This document shows, in pieces, positions 50,450 to 62,399 of a stretch of DNA of 64,000 nucleotides. The notes beneath the pieces were generated by a model. It saw only the letters and a list, made by a program, of their open reading frames with translations. It was not told where the DNA came from and made no database searches. The stretch comes from Lepidodermella squamata. Lineage: Eukaryota; Animalia; Gastrotricha. A program made the position numbers and the translations under genes. Within the stretch, counting starts at the first letter, position 1, and every line of letters begins with the position of its first letter. Where the stretch lies: the NCBI GenBank assembly GCA_047495785.1, contig JBLDXI010000015.1:310001-374000 (forward strand), read 5' to 3'.

Positions 50450-50803
50450 GTTACTTTCGTTACTTTAATCGCGTTCTTCCCATTTGGAACGAATTACCGT
50501 CTCATATTTTTCCTTCTTCTGACAATTTTGATACTAATCTGACATATTTTAAATCAAACATACGTAAACTTGATTTTTCTAAACACTGCACTCTTACTAA
50601 CTAATTTTACTACTTCATGCTCTTCAAAACTACATTCTCCCTCTTCACTCTTCAGAACTGTTTTATATCATTACAATACCCGCTATACGGTTCAGAGTTA
50701 GTGGCCTGCGTGCCCTTCTGTTTCCCCGAATTTTGTACCGTCATATATTTTTTTTTCATGAATATATTTTTCGAAAAAAAAAATAATAATAATAATAATA
50801 ATA
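50450..50803 (+). mobile_element. LINE extreme 3' fragment with (AAT)n tail
   Basis: YFNRVLPIWNELP..FKSNI motif typical of a LINE ORF2 end, followed by UTR-like sequence and an (aat)7 tail at ~50782-50803. Confidence 0.65.
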
Positions 50804-52352
50804 ACTTTCTGCCGCATACTACCGTTGTCCGTAGCTCGTAGCTCATAATTCGCTTGCAAGCTCTATCAGCTGGATACGGCTAGCTTGTGATCTTCTTGAT
50901 TATCACCCGCCTAATACGATTATCCCAATTTATACACAATTTGCGTAAAAATGGGAAACTTCAAATTAGCGTGGGGACGTCCCGCTCAAACAAATCAAAT
51001 AGCCTTCACGGGTGATGAGTTATCTGAGACGAACTAGATTTTGCCTCACTTTCAGTTACTCGCCTCTTCTGAAGTAAAATTCATGCCAGTAAATGCCAGT
51101 TTTACTGAGAAATCGACATTCTAATTATCACAGGCGACATCGTGCTAACTAACAGCCGACGTCTGAAATGGGTTATTATGATTTTCAGTAATCATCAGAC
51201 GCGGCATTAAATGATTGAAATGTCGGGGAATCTCATCTGTTGAATATTGCCTGGACTGCGTAATTCCTATTCAAGCAGCATTGATTGCACGAAATTTTCG
51301 GGCATGACGTCGTTTTATCATGTTAGATACGAATATTGCAATGAGTTTCATTTCAAAGAGCAGATTAAAAACGGACATTACATTTTCCCTGGAATCAATA
51401 TCAAAATTATTCATTCTCGATTTTTCAAATCTCGATTCTCCGCATAGTCTTGATCAATCAGATCGGAATTTATACGAGATCTGTTCCGAGGTGTTCGAAA
51501 GCAGTCAGATACGCGACCTCACAGAAGAGCAGCGAGGGTGGAGCACGGCAAGAAATGGCGATCGAGGGATAATGAGCATAGTGACGGCAATGGTGATTGT
51601 CAAATCAAGAGGCTCGCCAGTGTGATTGAAAACTACCCGAGACATTTTTTTCGGTTTTACCTATTAGCAATAACATACCTACATGCAGAGAATTCTGCGA
51701 CGAAATTTCAGTAAAAAAGACGCATATCATGCATGTCCCGTATTGAGTTTTGGCTTTTTAAAAGGGTTTATTAGCAAGAGCATTCGGAGGGTTTTGAGTT
51801 TTGAGCTAATAAACCCGATTTTTCTTTCTAGTGTAGCATACTTCACCTTTTATGGCGGAATTATTTATGGCGGGAGAAAAAATATTTGATGGCAGTTCTA
51901 GCGGTTCTCGGCCCAGATCACGATTAGGAAATCCGCTTATCCCTCTTTATCCATCACCGTTGAGGCTCTACATAAACTGGCCGCAATCGTCCTATCCGCC
52001 CAGCTGATTTCAGGCGATTTTTCGAGCACCCTAACTTCTGTGTCAGATGAATTCAGCCTTGGAATTTTAGATTCTAAATTACGCCATTGAATGCCCCCGA
52101 TATTCTCCCACACCGTAAGTCATATCCCAGAACCGAGTCGTTGATGTTTTTTTTTGTTGGATCAAAAAATATCGTGATAACGGTGTCCTGGTCTCAAACC
52201 CTTGTCTTCAAAGCCATCGAAAAGCAATATTCCTCGAAAGGGCGGTCTAGAATTCATCAAATTCAATTTGATGTAAATTTTCAATGTCGAATTTCCGAAC
52301 TAATTCTTTACAGTGTTTTTGTCACTTCCACTTATTTTCTTCAGCGTTGCCA

Positions 52353-54345
52353 TCATAGATAAGGGATGCCTAAGGTGAATTCAACGGCTAGGGCGAGTTC
52401 CTCGCGGCTGGACGCTGCTGCTCGCCGCCTCAAAACAGCTGCGGCGCACTCGTCAACAACTTGCGCCGTTATTCCGATGAGGTTCTCGACTACACAACGT
52501 TGCGCCATCACTTGACTAGATTTAGGGCCGTGAAGCTTCCGACAAGTCATTTCGAATGCCTTATCGACACTCTCCCGTGCAGCTCGTAAATTTGCGCTGG
52601 ATGGTTCCTCGGCATTCAGGTCTAAGAATGACCAGCATTAGTTATTGTAAAATATTTCATGGAATTATGGCACTAGAATTTACCTTGAAAAAACAGTCGA
52701 CACGTGAAAAGAGCTGTTTCGATCAGCGATGGGCTCCACTCCGCCATGGAATCAGCAACTTTTTTGCATGGAAACGCAAACACATCATTACTTATCTCGG
52801 TCAGGAAATCGTACACCCCACCAAGAGTTCGGGATTGCTTTGTAGAAACAACGGAAGAACATCGGCACTCGCCAGCAAGCATCCACTAGTGCCTGGCAAA
52901 GCTGAGTAAGCGACCGTGATAAGCTTCCAGTTACGCGTTAACAGGCTATTAACTTCCGACTGGCTCAATTTGAAAGATTCTGATAGCATAGCTGAGAGTG
53001 AAACTTCAATTTCTCAATATTAGAACTGCTTAAACCTTCAATATAAGCTGCGAACAACAAGCCGAGGCGCATGATGCCAGTAACGTTTCCGGTCATAAGG
53101 CTTCGCAAGAACATTTCGTCCCTCAGGGCACTGGGGTTGTGATGGCACATCATTGGCAGCTGAAATGAAAGGTTTAGTACTTCGGCCTTTCGGAATATTA
53201 GAAATCTCACGTGTTCAAAGCCATGAAGCTGTAGTTGTGCGTCAATCGCTTTTCTCAGAGTTCCCTCGACATGTGAGTACTCGAATGTTGGTGGGCATTG
53301 GTCAATTTGCAACGTTGCTCCAGACCAGAATTTACCTGTTAGCAATCAAGCTGGACTAAGATGAGTTCGATATTCACTGAGTAAAGCTGAGTAAGCGACC
53401 GTGACAAGTTTCCAGTTACGAGCAGCTAAAAGTTGAGCTTCATATCGGCTCAACTGGAAGGATTCTAAACAATCGTCCAAGAATTTTCACTTCACATCTT
53501 TCAGTAAATCAGTCCAACCTTGAACTTTTACCGCAAAATCCGAGCTGAGGCGCACTAGGCCGGCAACGTTACCCGCCATCAGTTTTCGCAGAAAATTGAA
53601 GTCCATCATGTCCTTGTTGTAGTAGTATTTCATGGGCAGCTGAAATTAAATAGGCTAATTAATTGCTGACCTAAATTCCTGATACTCACGTGTTCCAGTC
53701 CGTGGAGCTGAAGTTGCGCATCGATCGCCTTGTTGAAGGTCACCTCCGCAAGGGAGAGATCGACCAGTGTTGGGAAGTGGTCTATCATCCCGTAACTCGT
53801 CAAAAACTTACCTAAATGTGATTAAAATAAATCGTTAATAGGGTGCTGAAACAAGTTGGAAAGCCGGGACTCATTCGTCAGAGGAGCGCTGCAGTAGTAA
53901 TCCGGGAAAGTTCGGGAAAAGTATTGGAATTTGGGGAAAATGAAAGTTGTTCTCTGGGAATTTTAAAAAATAATTAAAAATGGAAAAATTGCATGGGCAG
54001 AAGAGTGAATAAGAATTGAGGTCGCGTGCCCAATTTTAAAGAAGATCGTTATTTTTCGATCTATATAGAGTATTGATTTGTCTATGCATCGAACTTACTC
54101 TTAATGCCAGCACGAAGGCATCTGTCGAATCGGCATTTCGTGCACATGGTGCGCCTGAGAGTTCGGTTGCTATTAGCTTGATCAGCAGTTGCGCTATTGT
54201 GGTTGCATTGCAGTGATTGCCAATTCGCGGCATTTCGCCTGAAAAACTTGTGACACGCCGAGCAGATTCGAGGTTGATAAGAGAGGCGTTTCGGCACCGG
54301 AATGCCACAAGCTTTGCAGTTGTAGCTATTACTCATCGCTTTCAT
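52353..54345 (-). pseudogene. Nuclear receptor locus 11/12: one DBD exon with two sets of LBD exons (probable deletion chimera)
   Basis: DBD at 54345-54099; exons 2a (~53811-53690), 3a (~53640-53518) and a truncated 4a (~53465-53385); then 2b, 3b, 4b, 5b and 6b (53335-52353). No clear acceptor for 5b. Confidence 0.7.
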
Positions 54346-54718
54346 ACAATCTGAAGATGCTTGAGCCAAGCCCGCAGATGAATTGTCCAATCAAATATCC
54401 CACAAAATTTCTAAAAATTGAACACGATTTAAATCGATATAGGAACTCTAAGGTCAAATTTATGTCGCGCACTTGATAATAATTCTCATTGCAAGATCGT
54501 TGATATGATATCTTCATACAAAATAATTGATGGTAATGCGGGCGATTATAGAGCTGCTCGCGCCGACTTCTGTCGATAACTGCTGCCGTTAAATTGGATA
54601 GTCTGATGTTTTCAAGCTAGCAGATGGGGAACTGTGTTTGTTGGGCAGAAAGCGAGGCGTAATTGACACCTTCCCCGCATAGATCGGCAATCAACATTGA
54701 ACAATTAATATTCGTGAC

Positions 54719-55195
54719 GTGATCGCCTGCTCGCAAAATCTGAACATAACGGTTCATACGATTCGAAGCGCTCCAGCGAACGCCGACCCGAAACCGCTGC
54801 GACAAAGTCTGCGTTGGCTTGATTTAGACGGAAAACGCAAGGTTCACTTGGCCGCTTTGATATGGCGATGGTTGAATGGGGAAACTTCGGATGCCCTAAC
54901 TGCCTTCTTCAATGTACGAGAGCCAACGGCTCCAACTCGAAAGCAATCAGCCTTAAATGGCTTGACAAACATCCTGCAACAACCCAAAACAAAATCGACA
55001 ACAATGGAACGTTGCCTACCGTCTACCGTACTATAGGGCAGTCTTCTGGAACAGCCTTCCAGACGAGAGCCGAGCAGCATCCAACGCCGACCAGTGCAGA
55101 CAGTTGGTCTACGAACATCTAATCCAACAACAAAGCGAAACCACTGCCGAGCCTGCTACCGATCTCACCACTAAACCTGCTATCGAAAACTGAAA
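54719..55195 (+). mobile_element. Degenerate LINE ORF2 C-terminal fragment
   Basis: LRWLDLDGKRKVHLAALIWRW...FWNSLP aligns with LRWVNLQGKRLVHLATTMWK...WWNQLP of the 41.3-kb LINE; frameshifted. Confidence 0.75.
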
Positions 55196-55768
55196 TTTCC
55201 TTTTTTATATATTTTTATAACTATTGATGAAACCGTCTCATGTTGTTGCTGTGATTTTTTTCGTGCATGCTTTTGTCCTATTTGTTTTCTACCTTTCCTA
55301 AAAAACGCCTTCTTGTTGTATAGTTTTGCAATTCACCTAATCACTGCTTTCTTGATTAGGTTTTCAGATGGCGTCATGAGAGTTAAATTCAGATCCTCTC
55401 TATTACAATCCAGGTCCTGCCTTCAACTAAACTTTAAATGCCTTGCAAACCACTCTTCTTGATAGGTCCTCCCTTCATATAAGATCCTCAATTATATTCG
55501 GGTATATTTACGGTCGGCGCTAATTATGGCCGTATACAGAGAGAGAAGCGACCAACCGTCCAAAATTAAAGTGTGCTTGAATTTTCACTGTCGTAACAAG
55601 ATGAAATGTGCACGGTGCAAGCTTTAGAATTGTTGAAGCAAATCGGCCTCGAATTTTCTCGTGTTAGCTATATTGAAAACTTGCTGATATGAAACCGTTT
55701 TAGACAACGTCTTTATTCACTGGGTACTGATTGATTGATATCATTTGAATTGAAACATTTTACAAAAA

Positions 55769-56491
55769 TCATATTATAGGTGCCAGCAAATATGTGAACA
55801 TTTCGCATGGTAAGAGATGTGAAAGGCTTGAATGCTTTATGGAGGATGATCTTGTGAAGAATCCAGGGGGAATGCAATTGAGAATAACTTGTCTTACTAA
55901 AACTTGCAAGCTCTCGACTTGCCACGGGAATCGCTTGAAATTGACACCGGAGAATCGTAAGATTTCCCTGAGCTGATCCTTCTCTTCCTTTCGAAGCTTA
56001 CAGCCATTCAAGGTAACACATGGGTTTACGCCGTAGCAGAAAATCATCTCTGACTCAGGATCAGTCAAAAGTTGCTTTGCAAGTTGGAAATTCCCAGCAT
56101 CAATCGCGTGATTCAGAGCGCTCCGGCCGCTGCTTGACACCATTTTAAGCAATGAAGATCCAAACTCAAGTTTGATCAAATGGGCAACTAGTTCCTTGCG
56201 TTCATTTTTGCAAGCGTAATGGAGAATCGTCATTCCACTGCCGGCCTCCGCTTCCAATACATCCGAACCATTTCGAATAAGATTCATGATGAAATCGTCG
56301 TCGAAATAGTTGATAAAAGCCGTTATCACGCTCCCTTTCACTCCAATATTGACAAGAGTATTGGCGAGGGTTTTATCGTAGTAAAGGGCAACCAACATCT
56401 TATCCTCAAGTTGATTTCCCATGGAAACGCGTCTGCCAGTGGTTTTTGATAAATATGAGCAGGTTTGGATTTCGTGGCACTTATTGGCCAT
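55769..56491 (-). CDS. Intronless ankyrin-repeat + SOCS-box protein (ASB-like), 240 aa
   Basis: Ankyrin motifs GMTILHYACKNERKELVAHLI and GRSALNHAIDAGNFQLAKQLL; C-terminal SOCS box VESLQVLVRQVI...LSHLLPCEMFTYLL. Confidence 0.8.
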   Translation of the reverse strand: MANKCHEIQTCSYLSKTTGRRVSMGNQLEDKMLVALYYDKTLANTLVNIGVKGSVITAFINYFDDDFIMNLIRNGSDVLEAEAGSGMTILHYACKNERKELVAHLIKLEFGSSLLKMVSSSGRSALNHAIDAGNFQLAKQLLTDPESEMIFCYGVNPCVTLNGCKLRKEEKDQLREILRFSGVNFKRFPWQVESLQVLVRQVILNCIPPGFFTRSSSIKHSSLSHLLPCEMFTYLLAPII

Positions 56492-56735
56492 TTCATGAAT
56501 GCTGTTCGAAAGCGAGTGCAGCTTTTATGCGCTATAATCGCTGCGGGAATAAAAAGCTGCTTTGTGATCAGCCCGGATGTATTCATGCGTGTGCGTACAT
56601 ACATGTCAGTAGTATATGAAGGCAATACAGATCGATAAATTACAGGCTTATTTCTATGCACGAGCAATCAAATTACGGCAACAACGCGCTGCAAATATAA
56701 CCGCAATGAAGGTGTATGCTCGTGCGAAGCTGTTA
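56483..56735. repeat. Segment duplicated at 60868-61130 together with the adjacent NR gene
   Basis: attggccatt.atgaat.ctgtt..gcgctataat.gctgcgggaataaaaagct..gtattcatgcgtgtgcgtaca..gatcgataaattacaggctta occurs in both places. Confidence 0.85.
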
Positions 56736-57666
56736 CATTAATCAAGGTGACACGGACACCGAATAATAACATAATTAAATAAACCCATTCCTATCAAATT
56801 TTTAAATCATTCCACCTTTAGGTTCCTATTCCGGAGTCTACAAATTTGTTAAAAATATTGGGATAAAAATAATGAACAGGAGAGGTCAGAAGCCGCTGAA
56901 TGTCAGAAGGCGCAAACAAATTGACAGCACGTGCCAACCATTTTATCAATGGGCGTATGGCAAAGTCCTTTTTGGGGTTTTTTCGTTAAATTTATTCGAA
57001 TTGTTATCCTGGCTGTTGCAATTAACTTAGCTGGCTTCGCAGGCTACATTTTCGTACCTATTTTTGCCAATGTCTCATAATAAATAATTGCTTGCAAAAA
57101 GCAAAAAAAGCTATGTAACCTATTCTCAATTATGAAGGTTACGAAGGGGTATGAATCGTCATCATCCAATGCGGAAATGCTTTCTTGATCCCTTGCTTTT
57201 GTGAACATCCTACATTTTCATTCTATGCGCACCATGCGAATGAGAAGAATTGCTTCGAACGTCGCCTTCTTCATTTAGCCAGTTCCTATCGATTTACAAA
57301 ACACATAACTTCTACTTAACCTGCCACGACAGAGCATAGCCCCTTTCTTGCTCATTGAAAAGTGAGCACGCTAAGCTATCTCTTCATTTCAGTTTAGACA
57401 TAAAAGTACTTAGAAATTCATACAAACATAATTCATATATATTTGTGCTCGCTTTCTTGAGAAACTTCAAAGTGCTTCAGTGCTTTACTATTTGTAGAAC
57501 TTACTTTCCAATTCTTCTCTTTCTTGCTTTCGGGCGCAAAATCTCCCGGTTTAAGGAATTATACAAATTATTAAAAATCCCTTATCAGAATGCTAAATAT
57601 CGCTATTTAGCATACTTCAGAAGTTGAATTAGCTAAAGAGGTTTTTATAGTCGTTATTTTTTTGAA

Positions 57667-59178
57667 ATGATGGACGATCATGTGTCCCAAACGTTTTTAC
57701 AAGAGGCTATCAAATGCAGGGTATGTGGCCTCGCAGTTTTAAAGCGGCACCGTTACCAGCCTCGAGTCTGCCACGCTTGTCAGAAGTTTTTTCGGCGAAA
57801 TGCAGAAAATTGGCGATCCTTGAAATGCCGGCATAAATACGAGAATTCTGGTGAGCTTCAAACAAGCCGTGCTCATCGCCGATCTATGTGTACCAAATGC
57901 CGATTTCAGCGATGCCTAGATGCTGGAATGAAATGTTAGTCTTACCTATAGTGGCTTCGATTATATCGCTAGAAAGCCGTAGTCAAAGAGCCATTTTATT
58001 TGCATAACTCTCCATTTATAATTTTATCATTTTAGGCAAGTTCCTCGCTAATGAACTTTTCGAGATAGTCGAGATAATCGATCATAGTCTTCAAACAATA
58101 GACAGCTCAAACCTAGAAATGACATTGAAGCTAGCTATTGATACACAACTTCAGCTTCATGATCTTAAACACGTGAGTTATGCTGAAGAAATTTCTATAG
58201 ATTAAATAAGTAAGTTCTTTTTATTTTTTCAGGTGCCCTTGCGAACAAACACGGCTTTGGAGGTACTACGCGATCCAAGCACTTTAAGTGACCTAATGTA
58301 CGGCAACATCATTGCATTGATGCGGAAAAGGCAGATTTTTTCGACCTTCTTGCAACGTGAGCTTTGTTTTATTCGAATTTCAGAGAGAATTTTCACTAAG
58401 CATGCTCATTATTAGATACTTATTAATTGCGTTTCAGAGTCTTTCCAGTCTCTTTCATTCAAGTTTCAGATTTTAGAGATAATGTTCACTTTAATTATTC
58501 CCAAACGATGATGCCCAATGTTATGTTTACATTTAAATTGTGTATGCTCCAGAGTCTTTCCAGTTGAATAAGTCTGAAGTTGGAGATTTGCTGTCGCGAA
58601 ACTGGAAATTGATAACAATCGCATTCTCAGCTATGCCCGGGACATCAGGGCGGTTTTTCGTGCACCCTGATTGTCTGCAACTGTTTCTCGATATGAATCC
58701 TGAATTTGTGGTACTAGTAGATTTCTTGAAAATTTATTTCCAAACTTGTTGCAATTGATTTCAGCCGGCTGTACAATCGGAGGAGGAGACCTCTGAAGCA
58801 CTTGCAACATGGAGCCCCCCCCACGCTTCTCGAGGCAGCTCTATTCACTTGCAAGTTACTCTTTCGCGGTATGTAAATTCGCTGGAATGACATAACAAGT
58901 TGACTGGGGGAATTGTTTTAGGCTGCAATGATGCCAAAAAATCTTCGAAAGCAACAGAAGCTCAAAAATGCATTGACACTGCTTTCTCGGTGATGTGCTC
59001 AAAGCTTCATGGTCCTAACTCGGCTGAAGTCATGCGGCTAACGTCTGCTATCGAACAGTTGTGTTCCGTGACGGCATCTGTCATTGATGAATGCGGCGCA
59101 GCGGTTGTTCAGCGACGGGCTGTTACGGCAAGCAGAGAAGAACGAGAGCTAGCTAAATTGACATTCAACGTCAAATAA
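57667..59178 (+). CDS. Divergent nuclear receptor, paralog 13 (apparent 1-nt frameshift in a C8 run in exon 5)
   Basis: DBD CRVC..CHACQK..CRH..CTKC. Exons ~57667-57934, 58036-58173, 58233-58356, 58553-58710, 58764-58868 and ~58922-59178. The C8 run at 58815-58822 breaks the frame relative to paralog 14. Confidence 0.75.
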
Positions 59179-59429
59179 TGTCACCTATCAAAGATGAATA
59201 ATTTTTTCAATAAATTGTGTGTTACGGTGTGTTATTATTTTATTACTTTGCTTCCATCTCAAAATTTCTGTCGCACTTTTTCGCCTTTTTCCAAGATTCT
59301 ATTCAGTCTTAAAGTAGGATCCTCGAGCAAAGGGGTACGATATCCCTATTCCCCCCGTATTATGGATTGGACTATTTTCCCATCTATTTTTCGAATTTTG
59401 TCTAAAATAATAATAGAGGTAGAGTAGAG

Positions 59430-60830
59430 CCGGGGATAGTACCTAGCATCGAAATTCATTATTTATGGTACATAGCATTGTCTCGAGGCATCTGTCAGCA
59501 AAAATTGATAACTTTTCGAGCATACACGACGACACGAAGCGACTGCGCCATCTTCGCCTCGATGGCGTGCCACGCAGGCGCCGCGCAGTTACGATGCTGC
59601 AACGCGAGTGCCCGGCAAATGTTCGTGCTTCGATCTGCAAAAATTGTCAGGTCCTTGTCAGAAAACTGGAACCGAGCCACAATCACCCCCTGCATAAAGA
59701 CTGGTTTTTCCATTACAATTCCAGCAGAAAACTGAAAATGATAGAAAAGGCTAAAGGTACTTGTTTGCATGCGATCGCCAAGGTCTTGCGCTGCAAAACG
59801 GGAAAACTCGTCAAGCCGAAGGCGATACACAACATAAGACAAGTAAGTCGTTACTGTATTTTGAGTCACAAGTCACATTTGACTCCGAATGCATTCTATC
59901 CATTTCTTGAAATTATCTTTGTAAAATTTCACTCATTTCCTTTTTGAACAGTCAAATCGAAGAAGCTGCCATCGGAAGATTTTCGAGTGCACGGCAATAT
60001 TGGCGGAGCTGATATCAAACAACACCGGCGATTTGTTCGACCACTATTACAGAGCGATCGACAATCATTGCGATTCTGTTCGACCGGATCGGCAACTGCC
60101 TTTCAACTCTTCGACCGGAGCTGCAATCTCTGCGACGGAATGCTGTGATGAAGCATCTCTGGTCGCGCCTACGCCAGTGCCACGGGTCGAGTTTGTTGAT
60201 ACAACCCAAAACCCAAAACAACTAAAGTTCTATCGATTCTGAATCGGAAAATGAAGTTGATCTTCCCGAATGGTGCTCAGCGCTCAACCGGAAGACGAGG
60301 CGATATTGCCTTCGGGTTGGTTTAACGATCGGCATATCGATGCTGCTCAAAAGCTTCTTCGATTTGAGCACCCGTTTAAGGACCCGGAATCTCTGTCATG
60401 TCACAGCGGAAAATCAGCTCGCGTTGCAAAGCCATCATGATGGCAATAATTGGCTTCTGTCATGGCTGTTGGACAGAACATTTTTCATAATTGACAGCCT
60501 CAACCGGCAACTTCTCCAAAACTCGCCGCAGTCGAGAATGGAAAGTTGGAAGTCGAAATTCTTTGCTCTGTTAATTTGCAAAACAATTATTCACATGGCG
60601 GCGTCTTCGCCATCGTTCTAAATAGTGACCCGACAGGAGTTACGTTTGATGCGTCTGTCAGGCGGAAACACCTGCTTGACTGTTTTGTCAACCGAAAAAT
60701 CATGCGCTTTCCTTCCACAGTCAGACGCGGGCGCCGTAAGGCGAACGTTGAGATGACGATACTCGCTGATTGTTTGCCCTCGGCCGAGGAAGATGAGAGG
60801 TAAAAACGTTTTACCGAAAAGTGACAACTT
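59430..60830 (+). mobile_element. Degenerate Mutator-like (FAR1/WRKY finger + Ulp1-like protease) relic
   Basis: ECPANVR..LVRKLEPSHNH resembles the FAR1/MULE N-terminal finger. WFNDRHIDAAQKLL, HHDGNNW, IIDSL and QNNYSHGGVFAI..DP..FD..RKHLLDCF..FP resemble a C48 protease split over three frames. Confidence 0.6.
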
Positions 60831-61957
60831 CAATTTTTTCGCGCATCTTAATTCACAAGTTCAACGCATTGGCCATTTTATGAATACTGTTTGAAAGTAG
60901 CTTTGAAAATACAGCTTTTGCGCTATAATTGCTGCGGGAATAAAAAGCTACTTTGTGCCGAGCCTAGGTGTATTCATGCGTGTGCGTACACAACGTCAGT
61001 ATACATTATAGCCAATACGGATCGATAAATTACAGGCTTACTTCTATGCATGAGCAATTAAATTACGGCAACACCGAGCTGCATATAAAACCGCAATGAA
61101 GCAGCGTCGTTTCTGCGAAGCAGTTACAGGTATCACTGTGCCAAATATTATGAAACTCGTCATACCTTTGTGATTTTCATCACATTCTACCTAATAGATT
61201 AATCTTCAATATGTTCTCGGAATTCGTGAGAGTTATTTGAAAGTTCTGTGAGAAATAATGAAGGCGTGAGGTTAAAGCCAGATTCCTGCCAAATAAAATG
61301 TAAAGCACGTGCGCACCAATTTATCAATGAATCGTCATTTTATAGTAGAACACTGTAATTCTGTGATTTTTTTCTGTGAAATTAATCTAAATTTGTATCT
61401 AGTCGTTGCCAGATCTCTCTTTTTTATTAATCTGTGTTGCTCTTCGATGCTCTTCGTAGCCTGTGCAGGATGTAGAATTTTGATTCATTGCCTTTTGAAT
61501 TAGTGTTATGAGACTGCGTGTGCAAGAAATATGGGAAGGAAATTAGCGTAATGGTGAGATGAGTCACAATCGGTATTGTATTCGGGAAGTTTAAGACAAA
61601 CTATGAAATATTATTTGTACCTTTTTTACGGACAGTCTCATAAAAATGATTGTATTTCTTCTAAAACTGAAATACAATCATATCCTTATCCTTTTCTAGC
61701 TTGTTCCATGCATCCTCTCTCTCTCTTCATGCATGCTTCGTTTTAGTGAACAACATGTTCATCTATATTAGGAACACATTAAGAATAAGGGGTTGTGATG
61801 TCGCCTACTGAGTGGCTTGCTAATATCGATTTACATAAAAACACGTACGACACAACAGAGCAAAGCCATCGGCTTGCTTTTTGAATTGTGAGAGCGCTAT
61901 GCTATTCTATAGCTTTAGTTTTAGAAGATTCAAGTACTTCATTTATACACGTATGTA

Positions 61958-62213
61958 TACTTTGTGAAGGTCACTATATGGATCGATTGCTGTGATCAAG
62001 AGCTATCGATTGATATCAGATTGAATTCCGCGCGGAACTTCTGGAATTATGGTTTTTTGCCTCCTAAGCTAGCAAAACTTGAAAAACTTCGCGCTTTTGG
62101 CCAAAAAGTTACCCTGACTGTTTCGCGTGGTCCTCGATCGGACTGCAATCGATAGCTCTTTATTACAGCAATTGATTACGGCAGTTGTAGATCCACAGTA
62201 ACCCTTCAAGTAT
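61958..62213. mobile_element. Palindromic MITE
   Basis: Imperfect terminal IR (gaaggtcactatatggatc / gatccacagtaacccttc) and inner IR (aagagctatcgattg / caatcgatagctctt). Confidence 0.6.
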
Positions 62214-62399
62214 CGCCCATTAAAGCAAATAAAAAATATCGCTTATCCGGTGTAGAAAGCTGAAACCTAGAATCGCAGAATCGCCCGATTTAAGGAATTA
62301 GTACTTAAATTAAAAAATACCTCATACAAATGCTCCCTATTTAACATACTCGAATTTAGACCGTTAGAATCATCGTTAATCATCGTTCATTTATATTTA

